Shown: positions 1-10,965, numbered from the stretch's first letter. The stretch: DNA of 44,154 nt from Gammaproteobacteria bacterium (GCA_026196145.1 JAPHTU010000158.1:1-44154); one strand, 5' to 3'. Notes: generated by a model from the sequence alone, not told the origin. A program made the numbers and translations.

Positions 1-2504
1 ACCTGGCCAACCTGTGAAAGGATGCCTGGCCGGTCGGTCGTATTAAGCCTTAGCATGGTCCGCTGACTATTATCGTCCTGCTCAAATTCAATATAGGTCC
101 TGATGGCGAATTGTTTCAGTACCCTCGGGATGCGTCTTTTTACTTCAGTTACCGGCGCATCTGCCAGGTTGATCTCTGCACTGATTCTGTCTTCAATAGA
201 TTTGAGATCAATGGCATCCATAATCGGCATTCCCTCGTCGTCATGTACGATGAAGGTATTCAGCGCGAAGCTGTCATTTGTCTCCAGTATTCGGGCATCA
301 AGAATATTCAGATTCAGCTGGGACAGGGCACTGGCCGTATGGGCAAACAGGTTTTGCTGGTCGTTCGCATAAATAAAAATGGCAGTTACACCACGTTGGC
401 TGTCACCACGGCTGCATACGATAGGTAATGGGGAAAAGTTTCTCTCAATCAAGGAGCGGGCATGCCAGACAATGTCATCAACGGAGTGTCGTAAAAAATA
501 TTTATCCGGTAGTCTGGACCAGAAGTCATCAATCGATGTTTCAATCAGTCCACCCTGCAGCAGTAGTTCACGTGACTCTTTACGCCTTGCGTTGAGGCGG
601 TGTTCTTCCAGTTCTGACGAAACCATGCCGTGGCGATATAGACGGTTGGTCGCGTTATATAGCTCATTGAGCAGGTTTTCTTTCCAGGAATTCCATATCG
701 ATGGATTGGTTGCCCGGATGTCTGCAACCGTCAGTACGTAAAGGTAGTTCAAGCGCACGGCGTCGGCGACGGTTGAGGCAAATTTATAAATGACTTCAAT
801 GTCAGTAATATCCTTCTGATGTGATGTCTGCGACATCAGCAAATGATTCTCCACCAGCCAGCCGACCAGGTTGGTGTCGTATTCTCCAAGGCCATGTCTT
901 TCACAGAACCTGCGGGCGTCTATTGCCCCAAGCTCTGCGTGATCACCGCCACGCCCCTTGGCGATATCGTGATACAGGCCGGCGATATAAATGAGTTCCG
1001 GTTTTGGTAGTGTCGCCATGATGTTGCTGCATAGCGGAAATTCGTGTTTGTACTCAGGCGTTGTAAAACGGCGTAAATTCCTGACTACAAACAGTGAGTG
1101 CTCATCGACGGTATAGGTATGCAACAGATCGTATTGCATGCGGCCTACGATATTGGCAAATTCAGGTAGATAGGCGGCGAGAATACCGTAGCGATTCATG
1201 CGGTGTAGTTCATGGGTGATACCGGTTGGTTGGCGCAGGATTTCCATAAAGAAGCCTTTGGCACGGGGGTCATTTCTAAAGTCATCATCTATCGCATCCC
1301 GGTATTCACGAATCAGCCGGATAGTTGAGGCGGTAACGCCCTTTAACTCCGGGTGTTGTTGCAAAATCAGGAAGATCTCCAGTAGTGCAAATGGATTGTT
1401 TTTAAAAACCTTCCTGTTTTTAACTTCAATAAAGCCACGACGTGACTGAAAGCGCTTGTTAATCGGTTTAATCTGTTTGCGCCCCCAGCGGGGTTTCAGG
1501 TCAATATCGTCCTGAAAATGCTGCAATAACATTTCGTTCAGTCTTTGCAGCTCCAGAACCGTGCGGAAATACTGTTGCATGAATGCCTCAACAGCATCAT
1601 TGCCTTCACCGATATGGCCAAACCGATCAGCCAACGCACGTTGATGATCGAACAGAATGCGGTCTTCGCGCCGCCCGGTAAGCAGATGAAGGGCCATGCG
1701 AATGGTGCCCAGATATAACAGGCCATCATGTAGTATCTGATACTCATCTTTTGTTAGATAGCCATGATCGACCAGTTCATCCAGTGCATCCACATCAAAA
1801 TGGCGTTTTGCAACCCAGAATATATTCTGGATGTCACGTAACCCGCCAGGGCCTTCTTTCAGATTGGGTTCCAGATTATAGGCAGTATCGTCGAATTTTT
1901 TATAACGTTGAATCTGCTCTTCATACTTCGCCAGGAAGAAAGGCTGACTGGGCCAGATCTTGCCGGGTCCGCAGGACTTCTTCATTGAATTAAAAAGCTT
2001 TTCGCTACCCAGCAGCAACCTCGACTCCATGATATTGGTTGCGACTGTGATATCCGCCTTGGCCTCGATATGTGCGTCACGTACGGTTCTGACACTGTGG
2101 CCAACTTCCAGTCCGATATCCCAGAGAAAGGTCAGGAACTTTTGCAGGCGATCAAGCGTACCATGTGTCGGCAGTCGTCCGGTGAGGACCATCAGATCGA
2201 TATCCGAACCCGGGAACAGCTCACCGCGCCCGTAGCCACCGACAGCAACCAGTGCTGCATAACTCAGGTCTGCATCAAAATATTGTACCCAGGCCTTTTC
2301 AAGCAGCTTATCGATAAAGTCGGAACGTAATTCTGTCAACGCATCAACATTGGAATTGATCGGATCAAAGTTGTCCTGCAGATAACCATGAAACAATGCT
2401 AATGCCGCTTTATAGGCGGGGATCGCCGCCATGCCAGTGGCTAAATGATGCTCGAGACCACTCGGTCCAAGTAACTCCTCGGTGATGCCTGGTTGCATGA
2501 GCAT
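1..2504 (-). CDS. glnD: [Protein-PII] uridylyltransferase/uridylyl-removing enzyme GlnD, 3'-truncated by the window edge
   Basis: The ORF track misses it because the stop lies left of position 1. My reverse-strand translation from the ATG (complement of 2502-2504) stays open to the edge. It reads MLMQPGITEE...ALVAVGGYGRGELFPGSDIDLMVL (nucleotidyltransferase motif) and ...IAGLYHDIAKGRGGDH (HD domain), followed by an ACT-like C-terminal part. It lies 12 nt downstream of map, as in the E. coli glnD-map arrangement. Confidence 0.9.
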   Translation of the reverse strand, partial: MLMQPGITEELLGPSGLEHHLATGMAAIPAYKAALALFHGYLQDNFDPINSNVDALTELRSDFIDKLLEKAWVQYFDADLSYAALVAVGGYGRGELFPGSDIDLMVLTGRLPTHGTLDRLQKFLTFLWDIGLEVGHSVRTVRDAHIEAKADITVATNIMESRLLLGSEKLFNSMKKSCGPGKIWPSQPFFLAKYEEQIQRYKKFDDTAYNLEPNLKEGPGGLRDIQNIFWVAKRHFDVDALDELVDHGYLTKDEYQILHDGLLYLGTIRMALHLLTGRREDRILFDHQRALADRFGHIGEGNDAVEAFMQQYFRTVLELQRLNEMLLQHFQDDIDLKPRWGRKQIKPINKRFQSRRGFIEVKNRKVFKNNPFALLEIFLILQQHPELKGVTASTIRLIREYRDAIDDDFRNDPRAKGFFMEILRQPTGITHELHRMNRYGILAAYLPEFANIVGRMQYDLLHTYTVDEHSLFVVRNLRRFTTPEYKHEFPLCSNIMATLPKPELIYIAGLYHDIAKGRGGDHAELGAIDARRFCERHGLGEYDTNLVGWLVENHLLMSQTSHQKDITDIEVIYKFASTVADAVRLNYLYVLTVADIRATNPSIWNSWKENLLNELYNATNRLYRHGMVSSELEEHRLNARRKESRELLLQGGLIETSIDDFWSRLPDKYFLRHSVDDIVWHARSLIERNFSPLPIVCSRGDSQRGVTAIFIYANDQQNLFAHTASALSQLNLNILDARILETNDSFALNTFIVHDDEGMPIMDAIDLKSIEDRISAEINLADAPVTEVKRRIPRVLKQFAIRTYIEFEQDDNSQRTMLRLNTTDRPGILSQVGQ

Positions 2505-2516
2505 GAGGGCGCCGGA

Positions 2517-3308
2517 TTACTTCCAGTCAGGGGGTGGCTGGCGACCGGCCTCGGTGGGGCTGAGCGTTAGAACCTCGTATCCATCATCGGTAACCAGAAT
2601 CGTATGTTCCCACTGGGCAGAAAGACTGCGATCCTTGGTAACAACCGTCCACTGGTCACCCAGCAGCTTTGTATGTCGTTTACCGATATTGACCATGGGC
2701 TCGATAGTGAATGTCATACCCGGTTCAAGCACCATGCCGGTTCCTGCCTTGCCATAATGCAGTACCTGGGGATCTTCATGGAAAACCTTACCAATGCCGT
2801 GACCACAATATTCGCGCACGACAGAACAATTGTTTGATTCTGCATAGGTCTGTATGGCATGGCCAATATCGCCCAGATGGGAGCCCGGTTTTACCAGCTC
2901 GATGCCTATCCACATGCAGTCATAGGCCACACGGGTGACGCGCCTGGCCAGCTGCGATATGTCGCCAATCGCGAACATGCGGCTGGTATCACCATGGTAG
3001 CCGTCCTTGATCACGGTGATATCAATATTGACTATGTCGCTCTTCTTCAGTTGTTTATCGCCGGGTATACCATGACAAACCTGGTGATTAACCGAAGTAC
3101 AGATGGATCTGGGGAATCCACGGTAATTGAGTGGGGCAGGGACAGCGTCCTGCACATTGACCATGTAATCATGGCAAATCTGGTCAAGCTCACCCGTGGT
3201 GATACCTGCTTCGACCTGTGGAGTAATCATATCCAGCACCTCGGCCGCTAGGCGCCCGGCAACCCGCATTTTCTCAATTTCTTCAGGGGTTTTGATTGTG
3301 ACAGCCAT
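2517..3308 (-). CDS. map: Methionine aminopeptidase type I
   Basis: 263-aa ORF with MAVTIKTPEEIEKMRVAGRLAAEVL and metal-ligand contexts (VCHGIP, DIVNIDITV, GHGIG, FTIEPM, WEHTILVT). Divergent from rpsB, as in enterics. Confidence 0.95.
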   Translation of the reverse strand: MAVTIKTPEEIEKMRVAGRLAAEVLDMITPQVEAGITTGELDQICHDYMVNVQDAVPAPLNYRGFPRSICTSVNHQVCHGIPGDKQLKKSDIVNIDITVIKDGYHGDTSRMFAIGDISQLARRVTRVAYDCMWIGIELVKPGSHLGDIGHAIQTYAESNNCSVVREYCGHGIGKVFHEDPQVLHYGKAGTGMVLEPGMTFTIEPMVNIGKRHTKLLGDQWTVVTKDRSLSAQWEHTILVTDDGYEVLTLSPTEAGRQPPPDWK

Positions 3309-3377
3309 TAAAATTCCTTAAATCATCCCGTAACCGGGTGATATTGTTGAAAAACCGGTGATTTTCACACAAGTTCG

Positions 3378-3406
3378 TTGTTGGTGAGGGGCGGTTATGG
3401 TATAAA
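3378..3406 (+). promoter_or_regulatory. Candidate rpsB-tsf promoter with extended -10
   Basis: TTGTTG (3378-3383), a 17-nt spacer, then TGgTATAAA (3398-3406). The TGGTATAAA element resembles the extended -10 reported for E. coli PrpsB. It sits ~155 nt upstream of the rpsB ATG. Confidence 0.45.
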
Positions 3407-3412
3407 GCGCGC

Positions 3413-3561
3413 GCCCTGAGGGCAAGCAGGCCGGCAAATTAATCCGGCTTTTTAAATTCACACGCTTATCGTCACAGTCGATAGGGTGCCTGATACAAGT
3501 AGTTCAGGTTATCGACTGGGGTAATGCGGAAGATTAACCCATACAATTTGGAGTTTTTATC
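3413..3561 (+). promoter_or_regulatory. Long rpsB 5' leader, candidate S2 autoregulatory leader
   Basis: About 150 nt of untranslated sequence lies between the putative promoter and the rpsB SD (GGAG 3549-3552). E. coli rpsB has a leader of similar length used for S2 autoregulation. It contains a small GC hairpin, GCCGG(3430-3434)/CCGGC(3444-3448), followed by T5 (3449-3453). I did not verify the structure. Confidence 0.35.
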
Positions 3562-4557
3562 ATGGCAAATGTCACTATGCGCCAAATGCTTGAGGCTGGC
3601 GTACACTTTGGTCATCAGACCCGTTACTGGAATCCCAAGATGGCCCCGTATATTTTCGGTCATCGCAGCAAGATCCATATCATCAATCTGGAAAAAACCC
3701 TGCCGATGCTGAATGACGCGCTCAATTTTCTGGGCTCGGTCGCAAGCAACAATGGCAAGATCCTGTTTGTTGGCACCAAGCGTGCTGCACGCGACCCTAT
3801 CGCCAAGGCAGCTCAACGTTGCGGTATGCCTTACGTCAGCCAGCGCTGGCTCGGTGGTATGTTGACCAACTTTAAGACTGTTCGTCAATCCGTAACACGC
3901 ATGAAGAACATAGAAGCCATGGCTGAAGATGGTCGCATGGGTCGTCTCAGCAAGAAAGAAGCCCTGGGATTGCGCAGAGAGGCTGAAAAGCTGGATAAAA
4001 GCCTGGGCGGCATCCGTAATATGGACTATTTGCCTGACGCAATCTTTGTCGTCGATGTCGGTTATGAAGATATCGCCATCACCGAAGCCAGAAAACTGGG
4101 CATACCAATTGTTGGTATCGTCGATACCAACAACAAAACAGACAACGTTGATTATGTCATCCCTGGTAATGACGATGCGATCCGTGCCATCTCTCTATAT
4201 GTAGAGGCACTGGCAGATACCATTCTTGAGGCCAGAAAGACAATTGCCACCCATATCGGCTCCGATGATCTGGTAGAGCTGGATAGTGAAGGTAACCCGG
4301 TTGCACAGCCAAAGAAGAAGGTTGCCAAGAAAACAGCCAAGGTAACGACACGTAAAAAGGCGGCCCCCAGCGAGTCTACCGATGCTGAAGACAAGGGTGC
4401 GGAAGCAGCGGCAGAAGTGGAGGCTGCGCCAGCAACTGAAGCCAAGACAGTAGCCAAAAAGAAGGCTGTTGCCAAGAAGAAGGCGACAACCAAAAAGAAG
4501 GCGACAACCAAAAAGAAGGCCGTTACCAAGAAGAAAGCGGCTACCAAGTCTGAATAG
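3562..4557 (+). CDS. rpsB: 30S ribosomal protein S2 with a C-terminal Lys/Ala-rich extension
   Basis: [27 protein letters not shown]... is colinear with E. coli S2 for about 240 aa. An ~80-aa tail rich in K/A/T/E follows. Total length is 331 aa. Confidence 0.96.
   Translation: MANVTMRQMLEAGVHFGHQTRYWNPKMAPYIFGHRSKIHIINLEKTLPMLNDALNFLGSVASNNGKILFVGTKRAARDPIAKAAQRCGMPYVSQRWLGGMLTNFKTVRQSVTRMKNIEAMAEDGRMGRLSKKEALGLRREAEKLDKSLGGIRNMDYLPDAIFVVDVGYEDIAITEARKLGIPIVGIVDTNNKTDNVDYVIPGNDDAIRAISLYVEALADTILEARKTIATHIGSDDLVELDSEGNPVAQPKKKVAKKTAKVTTRKKAAPSESTDAEDKGAEAAAEVEAAPATEAKTVAKKKAVAKKKATTKKKATTKKKAVTKKKAATKSE
4450..4548 (+). repeat. In-frame 18-bp (6-codon) tandem repeat array inside the rpsB 3' end
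   Basis: About 5.5 units encode [33 protein letters not shown]. Units 4483-4500 and 4501-4518 are identical (gcgacaaccaaaaagaag). Confidence 0.9.
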
Positions 4558-4609
4558 GTTTGGCCCGCTGGTTACTATTGAATATTTACAGATTTAAAGA
4601 GGTTTAAAC

Positions 4610-5497
4610 ATGGCAATTACTGCTGCAATGGTTAAGGAACTACGTGAACGTACCAGCGTAGGCATGATGGAATGCAAGAAGGCATTGGTGGAAACCGATG
4701 GTGATATGGATGCCGCGGTTGACCTGCTACGTAAGGCAGGCGCCGCCAAGGCAGACAAGAAGGCGGGCCGCGTAGCGGCTGAAGGCATTGTCGCTGTAGC
4801 ACAGTCAGACAATGCCATGGCGGTGCTGGAAGTAAACTGTGAAACGGATTTCGCTGCCAAGAATGAAGACTTCATTGCGTTCGTAGACAGCGTGGCCGCA
4901 CGCGTGCTGTCAGATCGTCCTGCTGATGTCGCCGCATTAAATGCCTTGCCATTAGAGAATGGCGGCAGCTCCATCGAAGATTCGCTAAAGGACCTGATTG
5001 GCAAAATTGGTGAAAACATGAGTGTTCGCCGCTTTGAGGTGGTCGAGGGCGATAACCTCGGCAGTTACCTGCATAAGGTAGGTCCGAGTGCCCGTATCGG
5101 TGTAGTGGTCAAAATGGAAGGTGGGGATGAAGGGCTGGCGAGGGACATTGCCATGCACATTGCAGCCTCCAAGCCACAATTCATCGACCAGGACCAGGTT
5201 GATCCGGCCGTGCTGGAAAAAGAGAAAGAAATCCTTACCGAGCAGGCCGCCGATAGTGGTAAACCAGCTGATATCATCGAAAAGATGGTCATGGGAAGGG
5301 TCAATAAATTCCTCAAGGAAATTACTCTGCTGGGGCAACCTTTTGTTAAGGATCCCGATACCACGGTAGAAAAACTGCTTAAATCGGCCAATGCCAAGGT
5401 TAACTCGTTCATACGTTTTGAACTGGGCGAAGGCATTGAGAAAAAGGAAGAGAATTTTGCTGATGAGGTAATGGCACAGGCAAAGGCAGCACAATAA
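4610..5497 (+). CDS. tsf: Elongation factor Ts
   Basis: [44 protein letters not shown] is the canonical EF-Ts N-terminus. Follows rpsB. Confidence 0.96.
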   Translation: MAITAAMVKELRERTSVGMMECKKALVETDGDMDAAVDLLRKAGAAKADKKAGRVAAEGIVAVAQSDNAMAVLEVNCETDFAAKNEDFIAFVDSVAARVLSDRPADVAALNALPLENGGSSIEDSLKDLIGKIGENMSVRRFEVVEGDNLGSYLHKVGPSARIGVVVKMEGGDEGLARDIAMHIAASKPQFIDQDQVDPAVLEKEKEILTEQAADSGKPADIIEKMVMGRVNKFLKEITLLGQPFVKDPDTTVEKLLKSANAKVNSFIRFELGEGIEKKEENFADEVMAQAKAAQ

Positions 5498-5516
5498 TCC
5501 ATTTAAAGGCATTCCT

Positions 5517-6233
5517 ATGAGTGAACAGGTGAAATACCAACGCATACTGTTAAAGCTTAGTGGCGAGGCTTTAATGGGATCTGGCGATTATGGTATTGAT
5601 CCTGAAGTCATCACGCGTGTTGCCGGAGAGATCAAGTTAATAGTCGATCACGGTGTGCAACTCGGCGTCGTTATTGGCGGTGGTAATATCTTTCGTGGTG
5701 CCGGTCTGGCCGCCAGCGGTATGGATCGCGTGACAGGTGATCACATGGGCATGCTGGCAACTGTAATCAACTCCCTGGCCATGCAGGAAGCTGTCGAAAA
5801 GCAGGGCCTGCAGGCAAGGGTCATGTCCGCCATTAAAATTAACCAGATGTGCGAAGACTATATTCGCCGTCGTGCGGTGCGACATCTTGAAAAGGGCCGG
5901 GTTGTTATTTTCGCCGGTGGTACCGGTAACCCGTTTTTCACGACTGATTCTGCCGCCAGCCTGCGCGCGATCGAAATTAATGCCGACATCCTGCTGAAGG
6001 CGACCAAGGTGGACGGGGTTTATTCTGCTGATCCGATGAAAGATCCGTCTGCCATACGATTTTCCCAGATATCCTATGATGATGCGCTGGAAAAAAAGCT
6101 TGGCGTCATGGACGCCACCGCCATTGTACTTTGTCGTGACAATAACCTGCCGCTGAGAGTACTGAATATTAATGAACATGGCGCACTACTGGAGCTCATC
6201 AAGGGTGGTAATATTGGTACACTGGGGAATTGA
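5517..6233 (+). CDS. pyrH: UMP kinase
   Basis: [13 protein letters not shown]...GGGNIFRG...[16 protein letters not shown] motifs, in the tsf-pyrH-frr context. Confidence 0.95.
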   Translation: MSEQVKYQRILLKLSGEALMGSGDYGIDPEVITRVAGEIKLIVDHGVQLGVVIGGGNIFRGAGLAASGMDRVTGDHMGMLATVINSLAMQEAVEKQGLQARVMSAIKINQMCEDYIRRRAVRHLEKGRVVIFAGGTGNPFFTTDSAASLRAIEINADILLKATKVDGVYSADPMKDPSAIRFSQISYDDALEKKLGVMDATAIVLCRDNNLPLRVLNINEHGALLELIKGGNIGTLGN

Positions 6234-6258
6234 TAGTGATTAATAAATACAAACCATC

Positions 6259-6816
6259 ATGATTGAAGAGACAAAAAAAGATGCAGAACGTCGCATGGGA
6301 AAATCCATTGACGCACTGGCAACCGAACTGACCAAGATACGTACCGGCCGCGCCAACCCGAGATTGCTGGATCATATCCGGGTGGAATATTATGGCAGCG
6401 AAGTACCGCTGAACAATGTCGCGAATATTGCTATTGAGGATGCGCGCACATTAACGGTCACGGCATTCGAAAAAGATATGATAGCAGTGATAGAAAAGGC
6501 AATTATGACGTCTGATCTGGGCATTACACCAAATTCCGCAGGTACCGTGATTCGTATACCTTTACCCGCATTAACGGAGGAGCGTCGTCGCGAACTGGTC
6601 AAGGTTGTCAAGGCCGAGGCTGAAAGTGGCCGGGTAGCCATTCGAAATATTCGACGGGATGCCAATGGTGACCTGAAAGAGATGGTAAAAGAGAAAATGA
6701 TCTCCGAAGATGATGAACGTCGAGCACAGGAGCAGATCCAGAAGCTTACTGATGATTATGTTGCCAAAATCGAGGCGATGGTGGGGGACAAGGAGAAAGA
6801 GTTGCTGGAGATATAG
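6259..6816 (+). CDS. frr: Ribosome recycling factor
   Basis: 185 aa, with ...[30 protein letters not shown]... typical of RRF. Confidence 0.95.
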   Translation: MIEETKKDAERRMGKSIDALATELTKIRTGRANPRLLDHIRVEYYGSEVPLNNVANIAIEDARTLTVTAFEKDMIAVIEKAIMTSDLGITPNSAGTVIRIPLPALTEERRRELVKVVKAEAESGRVAIRNIRRDANGDLKEMVKEKMISEDDERRAQEQIQKLTDDYVAKIEAMVGDKEKELLEI

Positions 6817-6840
6817 TCCAGGTACTCTATCCGCCTGTAG

Positions 6841-7596
6841 ATGAACACCCAGTCTGAAATAAGCATACTTCCCGCACACGTTGCCATTATCATGGATGGT
6901 AACGGGCGCTGGGCAAAACTTCGTGGTGAGCCACGGAACAAGGGGCACCGGCAAGGTGTCAAGTCGGTTAAAAATATCGTCAAGACCTGTATCAGCAAAG
7001 GCGTTTCGACACTAACCCTGTTCGCCTTTAGCAGTGAAAACTGGAAACGACCTCGCACAGAGGTTTCCCTGTTAATGGAACTGTTTCTTACCGCCCTGGG
7101 CTCAGAGCTACGTGAGCTGGACAAAAACGGCGTTAGATTACGCTTTATCGGTGATCGCAGCGACATCCCGGCAAAAGTACAGCGCGCCATGGAAAATGCG
7201 GAAATCCAAACCACAGACAACCAGAACCTGACGCTGGTTATTGCGGTCAGTTATGGTGGTCAGTGGGACATCAAGCAGGCTGTGCAACAGCTTGCCAGAC
7301 GTATTGAGGCCGGAGAACTGACCGCTGACGAGATAAACGAACGCCACATTGCAGACAATCTATCGACAGTAGAAATACCACCGCCTGATCTGTTTATTCG
7401 CACCGGTGGAGAGCGGCGAATCAGTAATTTTCTGCTTTGGCAGCTTGCCTATACCGAGCTGTACTTTACCGATACGCTCTGGCCCGATTTTGATGATCAG
7501 GCGTTTTCAGAAGCACTGGATGACTATGCCAAACGACAACGCCGCTACGGTATGACCCCGGAACAAACTCAGGCAAAACAGGTTTCCCATGCTTAA
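6841..7596 (+). CDS. uppS: Ditrans,polycis-undecaprenyl-diphosphate synthase
   Basis: HVAIIMDGNGRWAK...TLFAFSSENWKRP...RTGGERRISNFLLWQLAYTELYF motifs. Confidence 0.95.
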   Translation: MNTQSEISILPAHVAIIMDGNGRWAKLRGEPRNKGHRQGVKSVKNIVKTCISKGVSTLTLFAFSSENWKRPRTEVSLLMELFLTALGSELRELDKNGVRLRFIGDRSDIPAKVQRAMENAEIQTTDNQNLTLVIAVSYGGQWDIKQAVQQLARRIEAGELTADEINERHIADNLSTVEIPPPDLFIRTGGERRISNFLLWQLAYTELYFTDTLWPDFDDQAFSEALDDYAKRQRRYGMTPEQTQAKQVSHA

Positions 7597-8422
7597 AGAC
7601 CGTGTTATCACGGCAGCAATATTAATTCCTCTACTGGTTGCAGCAATCCTGCTGTTATCAACAAAAAGTCTGGCCTTTATTTTCGGTGCATTTGTTCTCA
7701 CGGGTGCATGGGAGTGGTCTCGCCTGTCCGGATTCACAAGCGTGATTTCCAGAATAGCGTACACTGGTATCGTCCTGTTGTTGATGATTAGTAGCTATGA
7801 ATGGGTTACACAACAGCTGGTTTTGCAGAATCTTATGTCCAGTGTGTTTATCTACTGGCTGTTTGCATTTGTATGGTTGGTGATAACGCCAGCAGACAAG
7901 ATATTGTCAAATGCAGTGAATGTGTATGCAAGGGGACTGGTAGGCCTTGTCCTGTTGATCCCGACCTGGCTGTCGCTGCTGGCATTACATTCCTCTGGCG
8001 TACATGGCGCCTATATATTGCTCTCATTTTTCATTTTGATTGGCGTGGCGGACAGTGGCGCCTACTTTAGCGGACGCCTGATGGGCTTAACAAAGCTGGC
8101 GCCTGTTATTAGTCCCGGGAAAACCATGGCAGGGATATACGGTGGTTTGGTTGCAGGGGCAATAGCGGCATTTATCATGGGTCAGCTACTGGGCTATTCG
8201 GTTTACAGCCTGCTGTCCTATATCAGTGTGTCGCTTTTATGTATTGTGTTTTCCATCGTGGGTGACTTGTTTGAGAGCGTTGCCAAACGTTCAGCCGGCG
8301 TCAAAGACAGCGGTTCAATTTTCCCGGGACATGGCGGCGTTATGGATCGTATAGATAGCTTAACAGCGGCCGCGCCGCTGTATTTTCTTGGATTAAGCTG
8401 GTTTCCCGGCTTGCTGGAGTAG
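7589..8422 (+). CDS. cdsA: Phosphatidate cytidylyltransferase
   Basis: Polytopic membrane protein with the C-terminal signature SVAKRSAGVKDSGSIFPGHGGVMDRIDS. Overlaps uppS by 8 nt. Confidence 0.93.
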   Translation: MLKDRVITAAILIPLLVAAILLLSTKSLAFIFGAFVLTGAWEWSRLSGFTSVISRIAYTGIVLLLMISSYEWVTQQLVLQNLMSSVFIYWLFAFVWLVITPADKILSNAVNVYARGLVGLVLLIPTWLSLLALHSSGVHGAYILLSFFILIGVADSGAYFSGRLMGLTKLAPVISPGKTMAGIYGGLVAGAIAAFIMGQLLGYSVYSLLSYISVSLLCIVFSIVGDLFESVAKRSAGVKDSGSIFPGHGGVMDRIDSLTAAAPLYFLGLSWFPGLLE

Positions 8423-8437
8423 ACGCAGGTTAATTCG

Positions 8438-9607
8438 ATGACAGGTATCACGATACTGGGAGCAACTGGCTCTATCGGCAAAAGCACGCTTGATGTTCTG
8501 GCACTACATCGGGACAAGTACCGGATTATTGCGCTGACAGCGAACCACAATGTTGAGCGCATGGCGAGCCTGTGCCAGACCCATAAACCGCGGTATGCCG
8601 TTATGGCCAATGAACAGGCGGCAAAGCAATTAAAGGGGCGCTTATCAGGACAGGAAATTACCATCCTGTCCGGTATGAAGGCACTCGAAGAGGTCGCTGT
8701 ACTGGATGAAGTGGATTTTGTCATGGCGGCAATTGTTGGCGCGGCAGGACTGCTTTCAAGCCTGGCAGCTGCCAGGGCAGGCAAGCGGGTATTGCTGGCC
8801 AATAAAGAGGCATTGGTCATGTCTGGTGATTTATTCATGCAGGCCGTGGTTGAAAACAACGCCGAATTATTGCCAATTGACAGTGAGCACAATGCAATAT
8901 TTCAGTCCATGCCACACGCTTTTCGTGATGGATTAAAGCAGGTCGGTGTCGAACGTATTTTACTGACGGCTTCAGGTGGTCCGTTTCGAACCATACCGGT
9001 AAATGAACTGGCAACTGTCACACCGGAGCAGGCAATCGCCCATCCCAACTGGGAGATGGGTAAAAAGATCTCCGTGGATTCTGCCACGATGATGAACAAG
9101 GGCCTGGAGGTCATCGAGGCGCACTGGCTATTTGGTGCGTCTGCTGATGATATTGAGGTCGTTATTCACCCGCAAAGCGTGATCCACTCGATGGTTTCCT
9201 ATTCCGACGGTTCCGTACTGGCGCAACTGGGCAATCCTGATATGCGCACACCCATCGCACATGCACTGGCCTGGCCACAGCGCATTGAATCGGGTGTGGC
9301 GCCGCTGGATATATTTGAAGTAGGCCGACTGGATTTTGAAAAACCTGATTTGGAGCGCTTCCCCTGTCTTACACTGGCATACCAGGCATTACGGGCTGGA
9401 GGTACGGCTCCGGCAATACTTAATGCTGCAAATGAAATTGCAGTTGAAGCATTTCTTGAAGAACGACTGTCATATATGCAGATACCACAGATCATTGATT
9501 CCACACTGCAGGCCATAGATGTGAAATCCGTGAACTCTCTGGATACCGTACTGGAAAGCGACTCGCTGGCACGAGAGCATGCCAATAAATATTTACACAA
9601 CCTGTAA
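8438..9607 (+). CDS. dxr: 1-deoxy-D-xylulose 5-phosphate reductoisomerase
   Basis: [17 protein letters not shown]...LLANKEALV...[11 protein letters not shown]...LTASGGPFR...[23 protein letters not shown]. Confidence 0.96.
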   Translation: MTGITILGATGSIGKSTLDVLALHRDKYRIIALTANHNVERMASLCQTHKPRYAVMANEQAAKQLKGRLSGQEITILSGMKALEEVAVLDEVDFVMAAIVGAAGLLSSLAAARAGKRVLLANKEALVMSGDLFMQAVVENNAELLPIDSEHNAIFQSMPHAFRDGLKQVGVERILLTASGGPFRTIPVNELATVTPEQAIAHPNWEMGKKISVDSATMMNKGLEVIEAHWLFGASADDIEVVIHPQSVIHSMVSYSDGSVLAQLGNPDMRTPIAHALAWPQRIESGVAPLDIFEVGRLDFEKPDLERFPCLTLAYQALRAGGTAPAILNAANEIAVEAFLEERLSYMQIPQIIDSTLQAIDVKSVNSLDTVLESDSLAREHANKYLHNL

Positions 9608-9609
9608 AC

Positions 9610-10965
9610 ATGGAATTTGTACAAAATTTACTGTCTTTTATCGTTGCGATAGGCATTTTGGTGACGGTCCATGAATATGGGCATTTTTGGGTTGCCCGTA
9701 AAATGGGTGTCAGGGTGCTGCGCTTTTCGGTGGGCTTTGGAAGGCCCTTATTTAAACGTAATGGCAAGGATGGCACCGAATATGTAATTGCCGCGGTACC
9801 ATTGGGCGGCTATGTAAGAATGCTCGGTGAGCAAGATGATGAAATCACGGATGAAAATCGTCATCAGGCTTTTAATCACAAGTCCTTGAGGGCGAAGGCA
9901 GCCATTGTGGTTGCCGGGCCAATGGCTAATTTTATCTTTGCCATTTTTGCCTACTGGTTGATGTTTGTCGTCGGAATCCCGGGGCAGATACCGCAAATTG
10001 GTGAAATTATTGAGCAATCAACCGCCGACAGGGCCAGTATGCGTGCAAATGAGGTGATTCTTCGGGTCAATGGTAATAGCACGCCAACGTGGTCAGTGAC
10101 CAATAGTGAGCTACTCGACGCAGTGCTATCCGATGATCAGATCAATATCGAAACCCGTACCCAGGGTCACACCGTACGTCAATATCGTCTAATTGTTGAT
10201 AATCAAACCGTATTGCTCGATGACAATGGTTTGCTTCAAAATCTCGGGATTAAGGCCTGGCAACCTCCGGTCTGGATCGGTGAAGTCACACCTGATAGTG
10301 CGGCCGAACAGGCTGGTCTGAGGCATGGCGACCGGGTACTTGCTGTCGATGGTCAGCCGGTGAAATACTGGTCTGACTGGGTCTCCTATATCAGTGCACG
10401 ACCAGATACTCCTATTGAAGTGGAAATCCGGCGTGATGGTGTTATGCAACTCGTTCAGGTCACCCCCCGCGCAATAATTAACGAAGATGGAAAGCTGATC
10501 GGGCGCATTGGGGTAGGGCGCTTCATACCCGAAGAAGTACGTCAGCAACATCTGTCCGAAGTGAAGTATGACCCGGTCCCGGCATTTGGGCATGCGCTAA
10601 TCAAGACATGGGAATTTTCCGCCCTTACGGTCAGGATGCTGGGTCGCATGATCATAGGACAGGCTTCACACAAGAATATCAGCGGGCCAATTACAATCGC
10701 ACAGTACGCAGGGCTAGCAGCAAGTCTGGGGTGGCTGGAATATGTCAGAATTCTAGCGATTATCAGTATTAGTCTGGGTGTATTGAATTTACTGCCGATT
10801 CCGATGCTAGATGGGGGACATTTACTCTATTACGTTATAGAATCCGTTCGCGGCGGGCCATTGTCAGATCAGGCCTATGCCATTGGGCAGCAAGTAGGGA
10901 TAATTTTCCTGCTGCTGCTGATGAGTCTCGCCTTTTACAATGATTTTAGTCGCTTGCTGGGCTAA
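9610..10965 (+). CDS. rseP: Site-2 zinc metalloprotease RseP (RIP protease)
   Basis: N-terminal HEYGHFWVARK (HExxH) lies in TM1. PDZ-like middle region, and C-terminal NLLPIPMLDGGH motif. Confidence 0.94.
   Translation: MEFVQNLLSFIVAIGILVTVHEYGHFWVARKMGVRVLRFSVGFGRPLFKRNGKDGTEYVIAAVPLGGYVRMLGEQDDEITDENRHQAFNHKSLRAKAAIVVAGPMANFIFAIFAYWLMFVVGIPGQIPQIGEIIEQSTADRASMRANEVILRVNGNSTPTWSVTNSELLDAVLSDDQINIETRTQGHTVRQYRLIVDNQTVLLDDNGLLQNLGIKAWQPPVWIGEVTPDSAAEQAGLRHGDRVLAVDGQPVKYWSDWVSYISARPDTPIEVEIRRDGVMQLVQVTPRAIINEDGKLIGRIGVGRFIPEEVRQQHLSEVKYDPVPAFGHALIKTWEFSALTVRMLGRMIIGQASHKNISGPITIAQYAGLAASLGWLEYVRILAIISISLGVLNLLPIPMLDGGHLLYYVIESVRGGPLSDQAYAIGQQVGIIFLLLLMSLAFYNDFSRLLG

Noticed and set aside
103-2330. 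Several 60-120-aa plus-strand ORFs listed in the track at the left end.
   Set aside because: All are antisense to the uninterrupted glnD reading frame, which carries clear NTase and HD motifs.
4152-4547. 131-aa minus-strand ORF with a striking (A/V)FFL(V/A)(V/T) hydrophobic repeat.
   Set aside because: It is the reverse-complement reading of the KKKA repeat in the rpsB tail, so it is an artefact of the repeat and not a membrane protein.
4450-4548. The tandem 18-bp repeats could look like a CRISPR or minisatellite locus.
   Set aside because: The units are contiguous with no spacers, in frame, and inside the S2 reading frame. This is a coding repeat, not a CRISPR array.
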